A DNA stretch of 64,000 bases from Lytechinus pictus (Eukaryota): assembly GCF_037042905.1 (NCBI RefSeq), contig NC_087252.1, positions 12,836,001 through 12,900,000 of the forward strand, in the 5' to 3' direction. The notes beneath the pieces are model-generated. The model was not told the origin of the DNA and made no database searches. It saw nothing but the letters and a program-made list of their open reading frames with translations. Below are positions 40,945 through 55,119 of the stretch, piece after piece. Position 1 is the first letter of the stretch. Each line of letters opens with the position of its first letter. The position numbers and the translations under genes are program-made.

Positions 40945-42530
40945 GCCAGGTCGGTGATCACATATTTTCACTGACAGAAGAGGAAGTCCAACGAGTCATC
41001 ATAGAGGTCAAAAGATATTCTGCACTTCATCACTGTCAGATTCAAGCCGATCCACTGAACAGCAGCCTTCTATTTCAATTAGACCGGATCTTCACCAACT
41101 TATCGTTGATGGGAGAAGACAAAGGAACAAAGGCACCGATACTTTACGCAGACCTGCTCAAGACTAAAGTCAACGGAATCCTTCCTAAACGTTTGTTGAT
41201 TGAAGGTGAAGGTGGTGTGGGGAAGACAACTCTCTGTGCAAAGATCGTTTGGGATTGGATTCATGGAGCAGGCTACCAAGATTTCAAACTGGTACTTCTT
41301 GTCCTCCTTCGTGAAATAAAGGATAAGACTATTGGAGAGATTTTAAAGTCCTACCTCCCAGACGACATTATGGTTACAGCTATGCAGCTAAACAAGTATG
41401 TCTTCTCACATCAGAAAGATGTACTTCTCGTTCTGGACGGCCTAGACGAGCTAGCTGGCGATCTTAACAGCTGTCATCAAATCGCCCTTATCATCATGAA
41501 TCGGCTGTTTAAATCGGGGAAAGTACTAATCACATCAAGGCGATGGAGATCAGCTGAGATACGGCAGATTACTGAGCTTAGAAAGTTGTATGCTTTCATT
41601 GCCGTGGAAGGTTTCTCTGATGAAAATCTCTGTTCCTACGTCACCAAGTTCTTCCATCCAGACACATGTTCGGCTGAAGATTTGATTCGATTTATATCAA
41701 ATAACGATGTGATCAGAGAGAACATGGCCCCATACCCCATATACACAGCTATGCTGTGTATCATGTGGAAAGATTTCGATAGAGAGCGTCGCATAGCAAT
41801 ATCGAAATTACAAACATTTTCTCTGATTGATGAGATGGTCCAATTCTTGGTCGATCATTACCTCTCAAAGCTCGATCAGACGTCAAGAGACAAGAAATGG
41901 CATGTGCAGCGTGCAGAAATTCGTCTCCATCTCGTCAACATTGGTTGCCTTGCCTTCCAAGGGCTTAAGGAAAGACGATTGGTGTTCGCTGAACAGGAGT
42001 TCAAGAGCTGGCCAGGGTGTGTGAACGCAGGTTGTCAAGTTGGAGTACTCACTAAACAAGCACCGATCCCTCAGAGGAGGCAACAAAGGTACCATACACA
42101 TCCCGCACACTCATCTGTGCAGTTCCCCCATAAGCTGTTTCAGGAGTATCTATCAGGGATATATCTGGCATCTCTTTACAACTCAAACAGAAGTGAATAT
42201 GACAGGTTAATGAAGGATATAATTTGTAAAACACGTGAATTCACGGAGCTTCTGTACTTCACCTCGGCCCAGTTGAAGGAGGTCGGATTGGATATCGTAT
42301 CTCATCTCATATCATCAAAAGACATTTCTACGCCAACATTTCAAATGGAATATTTGCGTACCGATGATGACTTCATTGTAGACGTAGCCTATGAGAGTCA
42401 AGACCAAACAGTGGCCAAAGCTTTGGCAGATCATCTGTCGACTACATCCAGCAAGACACTGGAGATCTCCCGGGGGATGCAGGAGCACACGGTATCAGGA
42501 CATATCTTCATTTCGAATCATCGTAAAGTG
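40945..42530 (+). CDS. NLR gene, NACHT NTPase exon
   Basis: Acceptor ctttctcataacag|GC (phase 1), open and in frame with ORF 41106-42596. Walker A GEGGVGKTT, Walker B LLVLDGLDEL, sensor-1 VLITSR, winged-helix FPHKLFQEY. Donor GTG|gtaagc (phase 0). Confidence 0.95.
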
Positions 42531-45089
42531 GTAAGCAAAATTATAAAAATATCAGAAAATTTCCATATATCTGGTTGCAACTTCTGTATTCGATGAGCTT
42601 ATTTGCGAAAAGCCTTTTTTTCACATTTGCCAGTTTTTCGTGCTGTCAACAGAGACATTCGTCATGCATATCAGTCTGATTATGAATATATATATATATA
42701 TATATCCATGAACAATAATAACAATAAAATAAACATTTAGGAGGATTGGAAAACAAATAAATTTGATTCACTTGTTTTCTTGAAATCCATAATTAAACTA
42801 AACTAAATCCATGATAATTTTCGTGCAAAAGTCCTTCTATACAATATTCTTTGTTCTATCATTACTGGCTTCATTTACCAATAAGTAGGCATTTCGCTTT
42901 TAACTTTGCAGACATTTAAATCAAAGAAAATATTGTGGTGCTAGCTATTCTCTCAATTTTGGCCACATGCTCATGAGACTTGGCCCACACATTTTGTCTA
43001 AGGGTGAAAATGTGAAAAATGCATTTTGTAGATGCTCTAATTTGAATCATGTTGATGTCCCTATATGTGGCTGTGAAAAGCAAGTGGTGTAGAGTAGCTA
43101 CTGACTGGATCGATGAAATCATGAGGGTTTGCCGGTTTTTGTATTTTTATAGAAAACACGAGATTAATATCAAATTAGTGGATGAATCAGTCACACTGTT
43201 TCTTGCAAAGGGGATTATGTTCATGTTTCCTGCAAAAACCCGATAAGGATTATGAGAACAATAGAACAATCTACCATCCAGATTTTTGGCTAGGTTGTCA
43301 AATTTTGAATTTTTCATATCCGATTGTACAACAATATCATGAGAATTGGGAAATAAAAGAAAAAAACAACAACCTTGATCCATCTCAAATCATGTATTTG
43401 GAATTATGATTCTTTCTCACAAAAGATTTAAGCAAAATGAATATAAAAAAAAATACAAAGTGATCATCGGGGGGGGGGAGGACGTTTGAATAGTAAAATT
43501 GAATTACTTTTTCGAGAATTCAAACTTTCAAACTTTGAAAAATAGGTTAAATGACCTTACAATAGGTTGGTGCTATTTTTTCTCCGCTACGTTTATTTCA
43601 ACAGTACTTCTACGTGAATTAGCTTCAAATCTGGATAAAAAATGATATAGTTATCGAGAATACCAACTAAACATCCCTGTAGTATAAGGAATTATTTCAT
43701 AGTACTTTTCTTGACTAATATTGTTTTTAAATGATGATTGTTAAATTCTCAGAGTACCAGTTCGGATAGATTTTTAAGGTGTTTTTTTTCTAAATGAATT
43801 TAAAGGAGAAATATATTGATTATGATAGTACGGTAGCCCAGGGGGTTTATTTAACCGAAAGCCGGACAAGCAAATGACCCCATAGCTGGATGGCATGGAC
43901 CCTGAAGTTTACAAAAATGCATTGCTGCCGGGTTCTATTCGTGGTCTTTCCTCCAAAATGACGTAATATATGACGTCACTACAAAATGGCCATATTTCAC
44001 ATTTTTTTAGACATTCTACACATAGCATGAAGTCAAGGGAAAATATCTCAGCCAAACCATGCTTTTTTGTATGAAACTTTCAAAATATATTGTTCAAATA
44101 GTGCGCAAGAGATATGCAAAATTTCACGAACATATATTATTGTTTACATATGCAAATTACGTAATGAAATTTGCATATCATTAGTTTGGGAGATTTCTTG
44201 CTTCAAAAAATTTCGAAAATCGATCCAGAAATTTATTCTCTTTTTTAGTGTACTTTATTTGATATATTTCCTCTCAAGCATAATATCACTCTCTTCATCT
44301 ATATCTCTACTCTTAGAAAATATGTGCCAGTAATTGGAAATGACATTATAGACTGTGATTTCAGCCCCCTTTTCAATATGATGCGCACATAGAAATCGTG
44401 CGTTTTTTGCCCATTTTCACCATATAGCTAAGGTGTGCGAACGATATGCCTACTTTATTGATGTTTCCTGCATTTTGCATGATATTAAATCTTCCAAACA
44501 ACATATTTTCATCTTCATTATGTCTCTGCTGATAAATAAATGATTTCAGCAAAGATTGATTGCCCACTGGGCAGTCTATAGGCAAATTTTTCCGCCTAGT
44601 TTTCAATAACGAACCTATACCATGTATGACTGCATCGTTGTGGTCGAGTCGGATAAGGGGTTTCCTGTGTACCATCAAAATATTTTTCACTCAACGTTTT
44701 TGTGCTTGCCTGAAGTGTCTAGTTAATGAACCTTGATGTTCCCTTTGCAAAATCGTATCCAACGGGGTTCAAAATTGATATCTTTGGCGGCCCTCTTGGA
44801 CTTTTTTTTTATGAAAATCAATTATTTTCATATTTTATTGCACAGAGTCTGACAATGGGACAATCTTAAATGAATATGCATTTCACTATGATTTGGATAG
44901 TAGAAATCGGTTGAAATTGTTTTCTGAAAAGTCCGGTTAATATATTTTGAAGAAAAAAAAAGAATTCATAAAAAAAATTGAACCGAAATAATCATGTGCA
45001 TTGACATCTATATGTTTTATCTTGCATCACGATCGATAGAAAGGAATGTATTACTTGTATCATATGTATGAGGGTAAAAGGCGTTTTCT

Positions 45090-47260
45090 AAACAAAGCAA
45101 CTTTTATAATAATGAAATCTCTTGAAAAAGATAGAGGATCGAGGCATTGCTCTGCATTTTCATTTTGCATGCAATTACTCTCGGGCACCTTAAAGCATAG
45201 TCCCACAAGAGCCGGTATAGAAGGTTACATACCACACCCTTATCCGTAGCTTGACTATTATGATATCGTGCTTTTCGGAGCCCCCAATGTGGCAAAATTT
45301 TGTTTTGGGTATGTATTTTTTTCTTTAAATCACTTAGAGACAAAAGAGTAGGCTTTTCTCTCTCAGCTACATATAGATAAGTTAGGGCATAGCAAAGCTT
45401 ACCCCTCGGGGGGCTGCCAAAGTCACCCAATCCTTTTTTCGTATTTTGCCAATTTCTCGGAAAATTCGTCATTTCGGAGAACCATTGAGGCAAAAGGTGT
45501 TTCTGCCTTGCAGTAAAGCCCTTGTTTTTGTTTTGTAAGCACATAAAGATGACAAGTATGATCTTCTTTATCAGTTACATTTAAAGATGTGGTAGCACAC
45601 TGAAGCCTTCCCCCTTCAGGTGCTGCCGAACTCTTCCAGCTTTTAAGTCTATTTTCCCTCTTTATTGAAAAACTTGCAGTGTTTGAGCCCCCATTCAGGC
45701 AAAAGGGCATTTATGCTATATAGTAAAGCTAGTTTTGATTTTGGAAACAACTTGGAAATAAAAGAATGGGCTTTTTCTATCAGCTAAATGTAAAAAGAGT
45801 GCTGGCATATCGACTTCTACCTTCTTCAGAGGTTCCAAGATTGGCAGATTTTCCCATATATTGGAACATGGACTTAGGTCCATGATAGGAATAAATACGG
45901 AAAAGAGGTGGGTGACTTTGGGAACCCCAGAGGGGATAGGCTTTGCTGTGCAACCACTTATTAGCAGCAGATAAAAGAAAGTCTACTCATTTAATTCCAC
46001 GTAGTTTCAAAAGAATAAAACTGGCTTTACTATATAGCAGAAACATTTTTTGCCTGAATGGGGGCTCGAAAATAAAAAAGCATATTTTCCCATAAATAGG
46101 TAAAATATGGAAAAGGGTTGGGGATTTCGGCGACCCCCTAAGGGGGTATGCTCCAATATGCCAACACTTCTTTATATGTAGCAGATAAAGGAAACTCTAC
46201 TCTTTTGTCTCCATATACTTTAAAAATAATAAAAATTTGCCTTACTACATAAGCAGCAACACTTTTTGCCTCAATGGGGGCTCTGAAATAGCATTTTCCC
46301 ATAAATAGGTAAAATATGAAAAAGGGGTGGGTGATTTCGACGCCCCATTAAAGGGGTATGCTTCAATATGCCAAAACTTTTTTTTATATGTAGCAGATAG
46401 AGGAAACTCTACTCTTTCGTATCCATATAGTTTCAAACAAATAAAAGTGGCTTTACTACATAGCAGAAACACTTTTTGCCTTATTGGGGGCTCGAAAGTA
46501 GCACATTTTCCCATTAATGGGCAACAAAAGTACAAGGGGCGGGTAACTTCAGCAGTCCACAGAGGGGGTAGGCTTTGCCGTACCTTCACTTCTTAATATG
46601 TAGCAGATAGACGAAACTCTACTCTTTTGTCTCCATATAGTTTAATAACAATAAAGGTGGCCCTACTATATAGCAGCAACACTTTTTGCCTCAATGGGGG
46701 CTCGAAAATAGCACATTTTCCCATAAATAGGTGAAATATGAAAAAGGGGTGGGTGATTTCGACGCCCCCTTAAAGGGGTATGTTTCAATATGTTAGCACT
46801 TTTCTATATATAGCAGATAGAGGAAACTCTACTCTTTTATCTCCATGTAGTTTCAAAAGAATGAAAGTGGCTTTATTCAATATCAGAAACGTTTTTGCCC
46901 CAATCGGGGGTCCAAATTAGCGTATTTTCCCATAAATGGATAAAATACGTAAAAAGGGTGGGTAACTTTGACAGTCCCCAGAGGAGATAGGCTTTGCTGT
47001 ACCAGCACTTCTTTATATGTAGCAGATAGAGAAAACTCTACTATTTTATCCCTAAGTGGTTAAACAACAATAAAAGTGAATTAACTGCAAAGCAGAAACG
47101 TCTTTTCCCTTCAATGGGGCTCAAAAAATGTCGAATTTTCCAAGAAATGGGCAAAATACGAAAAAAGGAGGGGGACTCCGGCGGTCCCATAAGGGGGGGG
47201 GTGTAGTCTTTGCTGCGCCCTCATTTCTTTATAATGTGTAGCTGATAGAGAAAAATATAC
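45090..47260. repeat. ~210-bp tandem arrays in opposite orientations (same family as 10780-12160)
   Basis: Forward units at ~45090-45850. Reverse marker tttttgcct.aatggggg near 46046, 46263, 46473, 46683, 46892 and 47103. Confidence 0.85.
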
Positions 47261-47314
47261 TGTTACAGAGACTGCTTTTTGGTGTCATTTTATCGCGAAA
47301 TATCGAGTAATATA

Positions 47315-48039
47315 CAGTGCGTCCCACAAAAAACGAAACCGAGATTATGCGATGATTTATTATAACTTAGTCATAAATACAATAGACAAATGACCTATCA
47401 ACGTAAAGCTTAGAATATCCTCTTTCATCTGATACTAATCAAATTATTCCTTATTCACGCATGAGTGAGCAAAAACAATTCGAAGAAAGGATGCCAAAAA
47501 CTCATTTGGCGGGGCGTATCTGAATTTCAAAAAGAAAGTCACATGACTAAAAATTTCAATATCTGCTCTTTTATTTGATACCTTAATCACATAAAATGGT
47601 CAAGAAATAAGAAAGTTCTGGTTATTTGAAACAAGGCTTGATTTTCAATAATTTCATGAAATAAAGAGGTTTTACAGGCTAGCGTCCAGACTCACTCGAC
47701 GCTCCGTTTTGTTGACGATCAGCCATGCATTAAGTCTTTTGTTATACCGTGCGATAGCTTAGTGGGAAACCGGTGAAAACACATTTATTTAATGAAATTA
47801 TGGAAATACAAGCATTGTTTCGAGGGATCATAACTTTTTTACTTCTTGACCATTTTCTGTGATTAAGGTATCAAATAAAAGAGCAGATATTATACTTTTA
47901 GCCATGTGACTTTCTTTTTGAAATTCAGATACGCCCCGCCAAATGAGTTTTTGGCATCCTTTCTTCGAATTGTTTTTGCTCACTCATGCATGAATGAGGA
48001 ATAATCTAATTAGTATCAGATGATAGAGGAGATTCTAAA
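47315..48039. mobile_element. Tc1/mariner-type MITE, copy 3, right end missing
   Basis: TA|CAGTGCGTCCCA start, colinear with 3933-4620. Confidence 0.85.
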
Positions 48040-49057
48040 CATGCGCAGCTCGTATATGACATCGTAAACAAAATCACAAACATGCCGTATTGCTTGCTCG
48101 CCTTGGCTGAGAGAGTAGATCTATACACGTGTTGCACAGCTCTCAATCAGCAAGGCGAGCAAGGAAGGAATACCAGTACATGTGTATGTTGGGGTGATCT
48201 TTTACATCTAATTTAATTTACCTCAACGTTGTTACTATATTTTTATATAGATAAATAATTCCCCGAGTTTCGTAATTTTGTCAAATTAATGAGATAAAAA
48301 TTACATCTGACAGAACGAGTGACAATCTATCCCAGCCACATGAAGTTTATCGTCGGTGCATATCGTCTGCTGCTATTCGTTGAGTTGATTTGCCTTTAGG
48401 TTCGGATTACATTCACTTGTTTGTAAGTACAGTTATATCATTTCCTTCTTCATAGTCACAGAGGTAAGAGACTCTGTCTGGACAGTGTGGTAATTAATTT
48501 TCATGAATTCAATTTGGCCCGCGCGGTGTAGCTAGCACTTAGCAGCTGCATGAGTTGGTAGCGAATCGGCATGTGATCGTGTTGCAAGTTGAATTGTCCG
48601 ACTCATCATCATCGGCGTAATTCCCCCAATTTACCCCCAACTACAGTACGTCACTTTGTTGTTGTTCACTTCATCATCATTCTCTTCATCTTCAAGATCA
48701 TCAATTTGAAAATCCAAATCTAGATAAAATTCTGGGTTTTCTTTCATTTCGGGATCGAAGTATTCAGTGACAATGTGGAGAAAACGTACCCTCGCAAAAG
48801 GTTTTGCATGCAAGTGGAGCTTCACGTTGGAGAGCCAATCACGCCTCTCGTACAGAAAGTGACGTCATAAAAAATCCCCAATTTCGCGGACGTAATTCTG
48901 CGTGTTTGAAGCATTCAGATAGAGAACTTTAAACTATCAATTAACTGAGTTCCATCGGTCTCCATGATAAATGATGTACACCATCGTGTTCTCCTTATTT
49001 TCTCCTTTAATTTGATATATGATTCTCAATTTTTACGATTTTCAATATATTTCTACT
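48040..49057 (-). mobile_element. fragment (one end plus arm) of the 16780-20722 Kolobok-like family
   Basis: Reverse complement of ~16780-17700, ending TCAATATATTTCTACT|TTAA. Confidence 0.85.
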
Positions 49058-49359
49058 TTAACGGAGGTATTTTTTACTGAGTTAAAATGGATATCAGAAA
49101 ACGACCCTATCCTATCTGTTGAGATGAATCGATGAGTCAAAACCATATCTATTCTCTTATCATTATTTTATTTTTCAAAAAACACTTAAATCCTCTTATT
49201 TTTATTTTAATCATACCGGTGCTGGTTCATTTTAATTACTCATGCACAAATCAAATACTTCGACGATACGCACAAATGACATTCAAGTATAAAATGAAAT
49301 CGATCTATGATTGTCTCAACACACTGATGTTTTATTTTCCCCCGTATTGTAAACGATAG

Positions 49360-49536
49360 GAAAAGCTGTTTATTGAACAGCCATGTGGACGGACTGCTTC
49401 AGAGGACTTGGCTAAATTCATTTGCTCCTCACACACTCTGAGGACTGTAGAGATCATTATGCCTGAACGCCAAGCAGGTGCAAATATGCATGATGTGTTC
49501 TACACGGTGCTTGCTTTTAACGCCACTAGTTCCAAG
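49360..49536 (+). CDS. NLR gene, LRR-like exon 1
   Basis: tag|GAA...AAG|gtacgt, 177 nt, phase 0-0. EKLFIEQPCGRTASEDLAKFICSSHTLRTVEIIMPERQAGANMHDVFYTVLAFNATSSK; shares AS..LA.FIC and H..FY with the next exon. Confidence 0.85.
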
Positions 49537-50505
49537 GTACGTAGAATGATGAAAGTTTATTTTCACACAACAAATAATATTTTGTGAATTGAAGTCATTG
49601 TTATATGTTTATCAAATGCTAATACATTATCAGTAATGTTATCATCATATAGTATTATCATTGCCGCTCACCGCAGGAAGAGAAGGAGAACTGTCCTGAA
49701 CAATTTTTAATTCACATTAAAAAATATAATGCTCCTACACAAACTACTTTGGATATTTTGATGATCTTCCATTCTTCAACATTCATTTCCACCTTCTCTC
49801 TTCCTCTCTTTTAATCTCCCTTCCCTCTCTTCATTTCGCTTCTTTTCTTGTCCCTGGGCCTTTTCTTTTTTTCATTCTATCTTGTGCCGCTCCTTTTATT
49901 TCTTATTATTTGATGTCCTATTCTGGTATATTATAGTCATGCAGTGTTCTTTTATCCTTTTCTTCTTATAACGTTTTGTTTAATAAATTTTTAGTAAGGT
50001 TTGAAAATCAAACCTTATATGACAGTAAAAAACACATCCTAATTATCCAAGCAGTAGCACATACCACATATGTATGGTATAAAGTTTGTCCTTTAAACTT
50101 GACAAATGTATTAATTCGTATATATATAGTGTTTTTCAAATACTGAGAATAACCAAAGGTGGTTAACCTGTCACTTTAGACATCTGCATAAATATATCCA
50201 ACGCATTTTAGACTATAAACAAATAAGTAAGATAAGCATGTGTTTATCATTCCGTAAAAAAAAAATGTTTTTTTACTTCCACGATTACTGCCATACCAGA
50301 TTAGTGAAATAAATTACCGATGTAATTTCAGTACACACTGGAATGTCAGAATGTTAACTAATATTTTCATTATATTCTTATGGTACTTCTTCATCAGATT
50401 GAGACTCTTCCTCTCTATGTTGATCTCATATACAAGTAGACACTAGAATTTCAGAATGATGAGTTATATTTTTATTTTTACATTTTCATGGTACTATTTC
50501 ATCAG

Positions 50506-50661
50506 ATTGAGACTCTTCATGTCGATGTTGATCTCAGTGAAAGTCCGCTTGCATCACGTCATCTCGCTCAGTTCATCTGTAAGATGAACCATTTGGAGAG
50601 CCTCTTACTCAGCGGTCAGTATCATGGTGACTTCTACTCCACATCATTGTCAATGGCCAAG
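50506..50661 (+). CDS. NLR gene, LRR-like exon 2
   Basis: tttcatcag|ATT...AAG|gtaata, 156 nt, phase 0-0. IETLHVDVDLSESPLASRHLAQFICKMNHLESLLLSGQYHGDFYSTSLSMAK, containing LxxLxL motifs. Confidence 0.87.
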
Positions 50662-53600
50662 GTAATATCTATAGGACATTTTTATGTACAGATGTTAAAT
50701 ATTTTGTGCCGAGTAAGAATGGCAAAGTTAAAAACGGCTGAGATGAAAATTGCAGAGGCAAAAATTGCAAAGGTAAAATGCCATAGGGAAAACCGGTTCC
50801 ATGACATGTTCTACTGCGACAATTGCTCCGCTTTTAATTCCACACACTGGAATAGACAACTTTGACCATGGATTCAACACTATACCCTATCCTAAACCTT
50901 ACCCTATACACCTAATTTAAAACCCTATTGCAATTGTCGCAATCATTCATACTGTACGGACTCATGTTTGCGAAATATGCATGATTTCTTATCATGTATG
51001 TTGATTTTGTGTTCATAATTATATTATCTGTACTTTATCACATTTTATTATTAAACTCAGACAATTTCTTATACAAATAACTTAAATTAATAGAGTGATG
51101 AAAGGATTCATCTTGACAAGTACTTTAGTAGAATAGCCCTCTGCATCCAAGTCCAACAATTTCGAATGTCAACACCAATGTGCGCTTTCATGACCCCACT
51201 GAAAACAAAAATTAATACAGGTATATTTCTTTATTTACACAATTATCATAGTATACCGAAATCAAGAATGGATTTTGACATGGCACGTATCACGTATAGC
51301 TTATTTATTTATTTATTAAGACACCTTTCAGCAGGATAAAACATTAATCAGCTTGCAGGTTGTTTCTTATAATGGTCCTTTAAAAGAGAGAAATACATAT
51401 ATTAAAAAGAAAGATTATAAGTAATTAGGAATACATGTAATTATATACAGAAAAACTAAAATTCAAATAGTTATAAAAGTGAGACATCAGAAAAAAAAGA
51501 ACAAATAGCAAGATTTATATAATAGTAAGATAAAGAAATGAAAGAAAAAGAAAGAGGTTTTATACATCGATATGAAATCGTCTCAAAACAGGAATAGGCC
51601 TCAATTTAAAGAATTGTATCAATATCAATACTGATAGGAAATCATAATCAATAATAATTACATGTGTATTCGTGGGTAATCATGCTAATAATAACAATAC
51701 TACAAGTATATATGAACCAAAATAGAAAAGTTAAAAAATTCTTATTGATCTAGGCGAAAATTATTATAATTAGGAGTGGGCTATAAATGGGTGATTTTTT
51801 GTTTTACTTAGGGAACAGTTTTTTTTTGTGTTCCTTTTACCTTATCTCAACATCAAATGACAATATGTTTTCTCTCGGGTCCGAGAAAAAAGTGTGCAGG
51901 GCCAAAATCCAGAATGGCCGCCAAAACCCCACAAAATCACAGTTCTGGCCACAACTTTTTTATTTGGTGGTCAATTCCTCTGGTTTTGGTGTCTATTCAT
52001 ATGTTTTGGGGGGCAGGCAATTTATTTTTCCTATAATTAGTACTTTTAAACCATTATTTGTAGAGTTAAAAGGTAATTATATCTAAATTTTCCGATTTTT
52101 GTAGCCTTTTTCAGCCAAAAAGTGGGTTTTATCATCCTGGGGTTCTGGGATATTTGATGGTACGAGGTCAACAATAGCAAGCAGCTTCATATAGCTATAT
52201 TGCTTTTATTTCTCCACTTTGGGTTTTACGGATATTTGTGAAATGTATCCTATCAAATAAAAGAAAATGTCATTTATCCATAGGGGGTATACGGAGTACA
52301 ATGCACAGTACATACTACACTGCATATATCCATGCATTGACCACCAAACTATAGTGTCATAGAAATGAGCTTACAAAGGTTTAAAGGTTTACAATTAGAT
52401 TGTGAATTTGATTCCTTGTCAGCTGATGTACATGATGAAACCAGCAATGTAAATTGCACTTAAATATCACATACATGTATACCGGGTATATCATATACGT
52501 ACATCACATTTTTAGCCGGTGACAGCCCGCTAGACCGAAGGTCCACGAGCCCGAGGGTCCGCGAGACCGAAGGCCCGCGAGACCGAGTTTTTTTTTCCTT
52601 CATTGGTTGCCGCGGTCGAGTGGTTTAAGGCGCCTCGTTGCAGCGGCGTAACAGGTGCCTGTTATCAGAGGGGCGGGGGGGGGGGGGGCAGAGCAAACAA
52701 AATCCCGGTAACTAAGTCCAGAATCAGTGGCTTTGCTAGGATTTCATTTTAGGCATGTTAGGGGGCAGTGGTGAGTACGCGAAGTGTGAGAAACACTTAA
52801 TAATGAGCGCGTGAAAGGCGATCCATATTTTAAGGGGAGTTTCCCCCTCCCGCGCGAATCATGGAAGCTCTGACGTTTTCTTCGAATTGTTCATTGTCTG
52901 CTCTCGCTCGTCTTACGTTCTCCTATACCTTTTTATTTTCTCGCTCACGTTTCCCCCCTTTTTTTGGGGTGGCGTTTTTTTTGCTACGAAGGTGTAATCA
53001 ATTAATAAATATCAAATTTCATATCAATATTTTAGATAACATTTATGCTTCTGCCGGAGTATTATTAGACTGGGAATAGTTTGCAAAATTGATTTTCATA
53101 TTACTACGAAATCGGACACTCCATCCCCTCTCTCACTTCACCGTCTAACGAAATCATACCATAGTCTCTGAAGAAATCTATACAACGGAGGTGAAACCAA
53201 AAAATGTTACATCAATTAGACTGATGAGCCCAAATACGGGCGCCACATCCGAAGTGGGCGGTTGCAAATTTCAAGATTTTTTTATAAATATATCCTAACT
53301 ATATTTTGAATAGAAACGCACACACTGATAGACACAGAGCACATTCAAATAAATAAATTGGATATTCTTCCCAGTTCTTTTCCTCTATACTTTTCTCACA
53401 GCTCTTTTTACTTTCAATTTCTCCCATCGTTCCTCTTGACCCCCCCCCCCCTCTCCTTCTCTGTTCTCTTTAATTATGTTAACATCTTATTCCTAAATAA
53501 TATCGCTTCTTTTTTTCTTCGTGATTTTTGTCTACGTCTTTTCTCTATGCTTTAGGTGAATTCGGCGCTTCTATTAATAATTCATTTTCCTTCCCTTTTA

Positions 53601-53909
53601 CGGCCATTTTTTTTATTATCGTTTACCTCACCTACCATGTTTTCATCTAGATTTCAGAGACATAGCTTTAACATACAGAACTGCTTATGAAACGTCTGGT
53701 TTTAGAAAAATATTCATCCATTTGTTTGGAGTGTCGGTTTAAAAAACTGATTGAATAAACTAAAGTGATGAATAGAACAAAGGAGACAAAATGAAACAAA
53801 GCAAAACAAAAATGCCAAATAATGTTAACGATTTAAATTATGGTAATAATAATGATAATAATTAGGATGATAAAAACAATGATAATAATATAACTGTTAA
53901 TACTACTAT

Positions 53910-53942
<33 letters not shown>

Positions 53943-53957
53943 AACAACTATTACTAC

Positions 53958-54059
53958 CAGTGGCGGACCGTGACCCGGAGGAGACAAAGCATTGGGGGGC
54001 ACAGCATTGTTCACAGACAATGCAGTGCCCCCCCCCCCCCAGGTCACGGTCCGCTACTG
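53958..54059. mobile_element. 102-bp hAT-type mini-element inside an (ACT)n microsatellite
   Basis: CAGTGGCGGACCGTGACC / GGTCACGGTCCGCTACTG, TSD ATTACTAC. Confidence 0.8.
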
Positions 54060-54517
54060 ATTACTACTACTACGACTTCTACTTCTACTACTGCTGCAGC
54101 TGCTGATATCATGATAACAAAAATAGTAACAGCAACAATAAAAAGTGGTTTTTAGTAGAACTCCCCGAGAGGACTACTCCTCCGGAGGGCGACTCCCCAT
54201 GACAACCCCTCCCCCAGAAGGACCATTCTCCCGAGGACAGGCTTCCCGGAGGAAAACTGATTTAAACCGGCACTTCCATTTGAGTGACAAATTAATGTAC
54301 GTTCTTTTCTTTAGAACTTTCACCTCCTTGTTCTTCTTATTATTCTGATTAAATGAAAAAAAATGCTAAGATAGGATTGCCCATAATGAAGGTTCAATGT
54401 TCCAGGTGTATGTATTTCCAGAATATTTCCAGTTTTCTTGTTAAACAATAAATGCACAAGATCATGAAGCAGAATTACCATACAAATTAACGTTAAATGA
54501 GTAGAGTTAATGATTAA

Positions 54518-55119
54518 GGGTCAAGTCCACCTCATAAAATTGTTGATTTGAATCAATAGAGAAAAATCAGACAAGCACAATGCTGAAAATTTCATCAAAA
54601 TCGTATGTAAAATAAGAAAGTTATGACATTTCAAAGTTACGCTTATTTTTCACAAAATAGTTATATTATGAACGAATCAGTTACATCCAAATGAGAGAGT
54701 CGATGATGTCACTCACTCACTTTTTCTTTTGTTTTTATTGTTTGAATTATACAACATTTCAATTATTACGAATTTTACAATTAGGACCGGCCTCCTTGCC
54801 TGAACCACAAAATGTCAAAATAATGGAATTCCAAGTGTTCAGGGAGGAATGAAACTTTATTCCACATGACAATGACGAGAAAATCAAAATATTTCATATA
54901 ATAAAATACAAAAGAAATAGTGAGTGAGTGATGTCATCGGTTCCCTCATTTGCATACCGAACGAGATGTGCATATAACTGTTTTGTGAAATGAAACGAAA
55001 CTTCAAAATGTCATAACTTTCTTATTTTACATTCGATTTTGATGAAATTTTCAGCGTTATGCTTGTTGGATTTTTCTCTTTTTATTCAAATCAAGTTTTT
55101 GTTGGGGTGGACTTGTCCT
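54518..55119. mobile_element. TTAA MITE (Kolobok-like)
   Basis: TTAA|GGGTCAAGTCCACC...GGTGGACTTGTCCT|TTAA; deleted relative at ~19120-19295. Confidence 0.85.

Noticed and set aside
42531..42596. ORF tail VSKIIKISENF... as the NACHT C-terminus
   Set aside because: A consensus donor GTAAGC at 42531 matches the phase of the next exon, so the tail is intron read-through. The same applies to 5763-5806 and 50662-50865.
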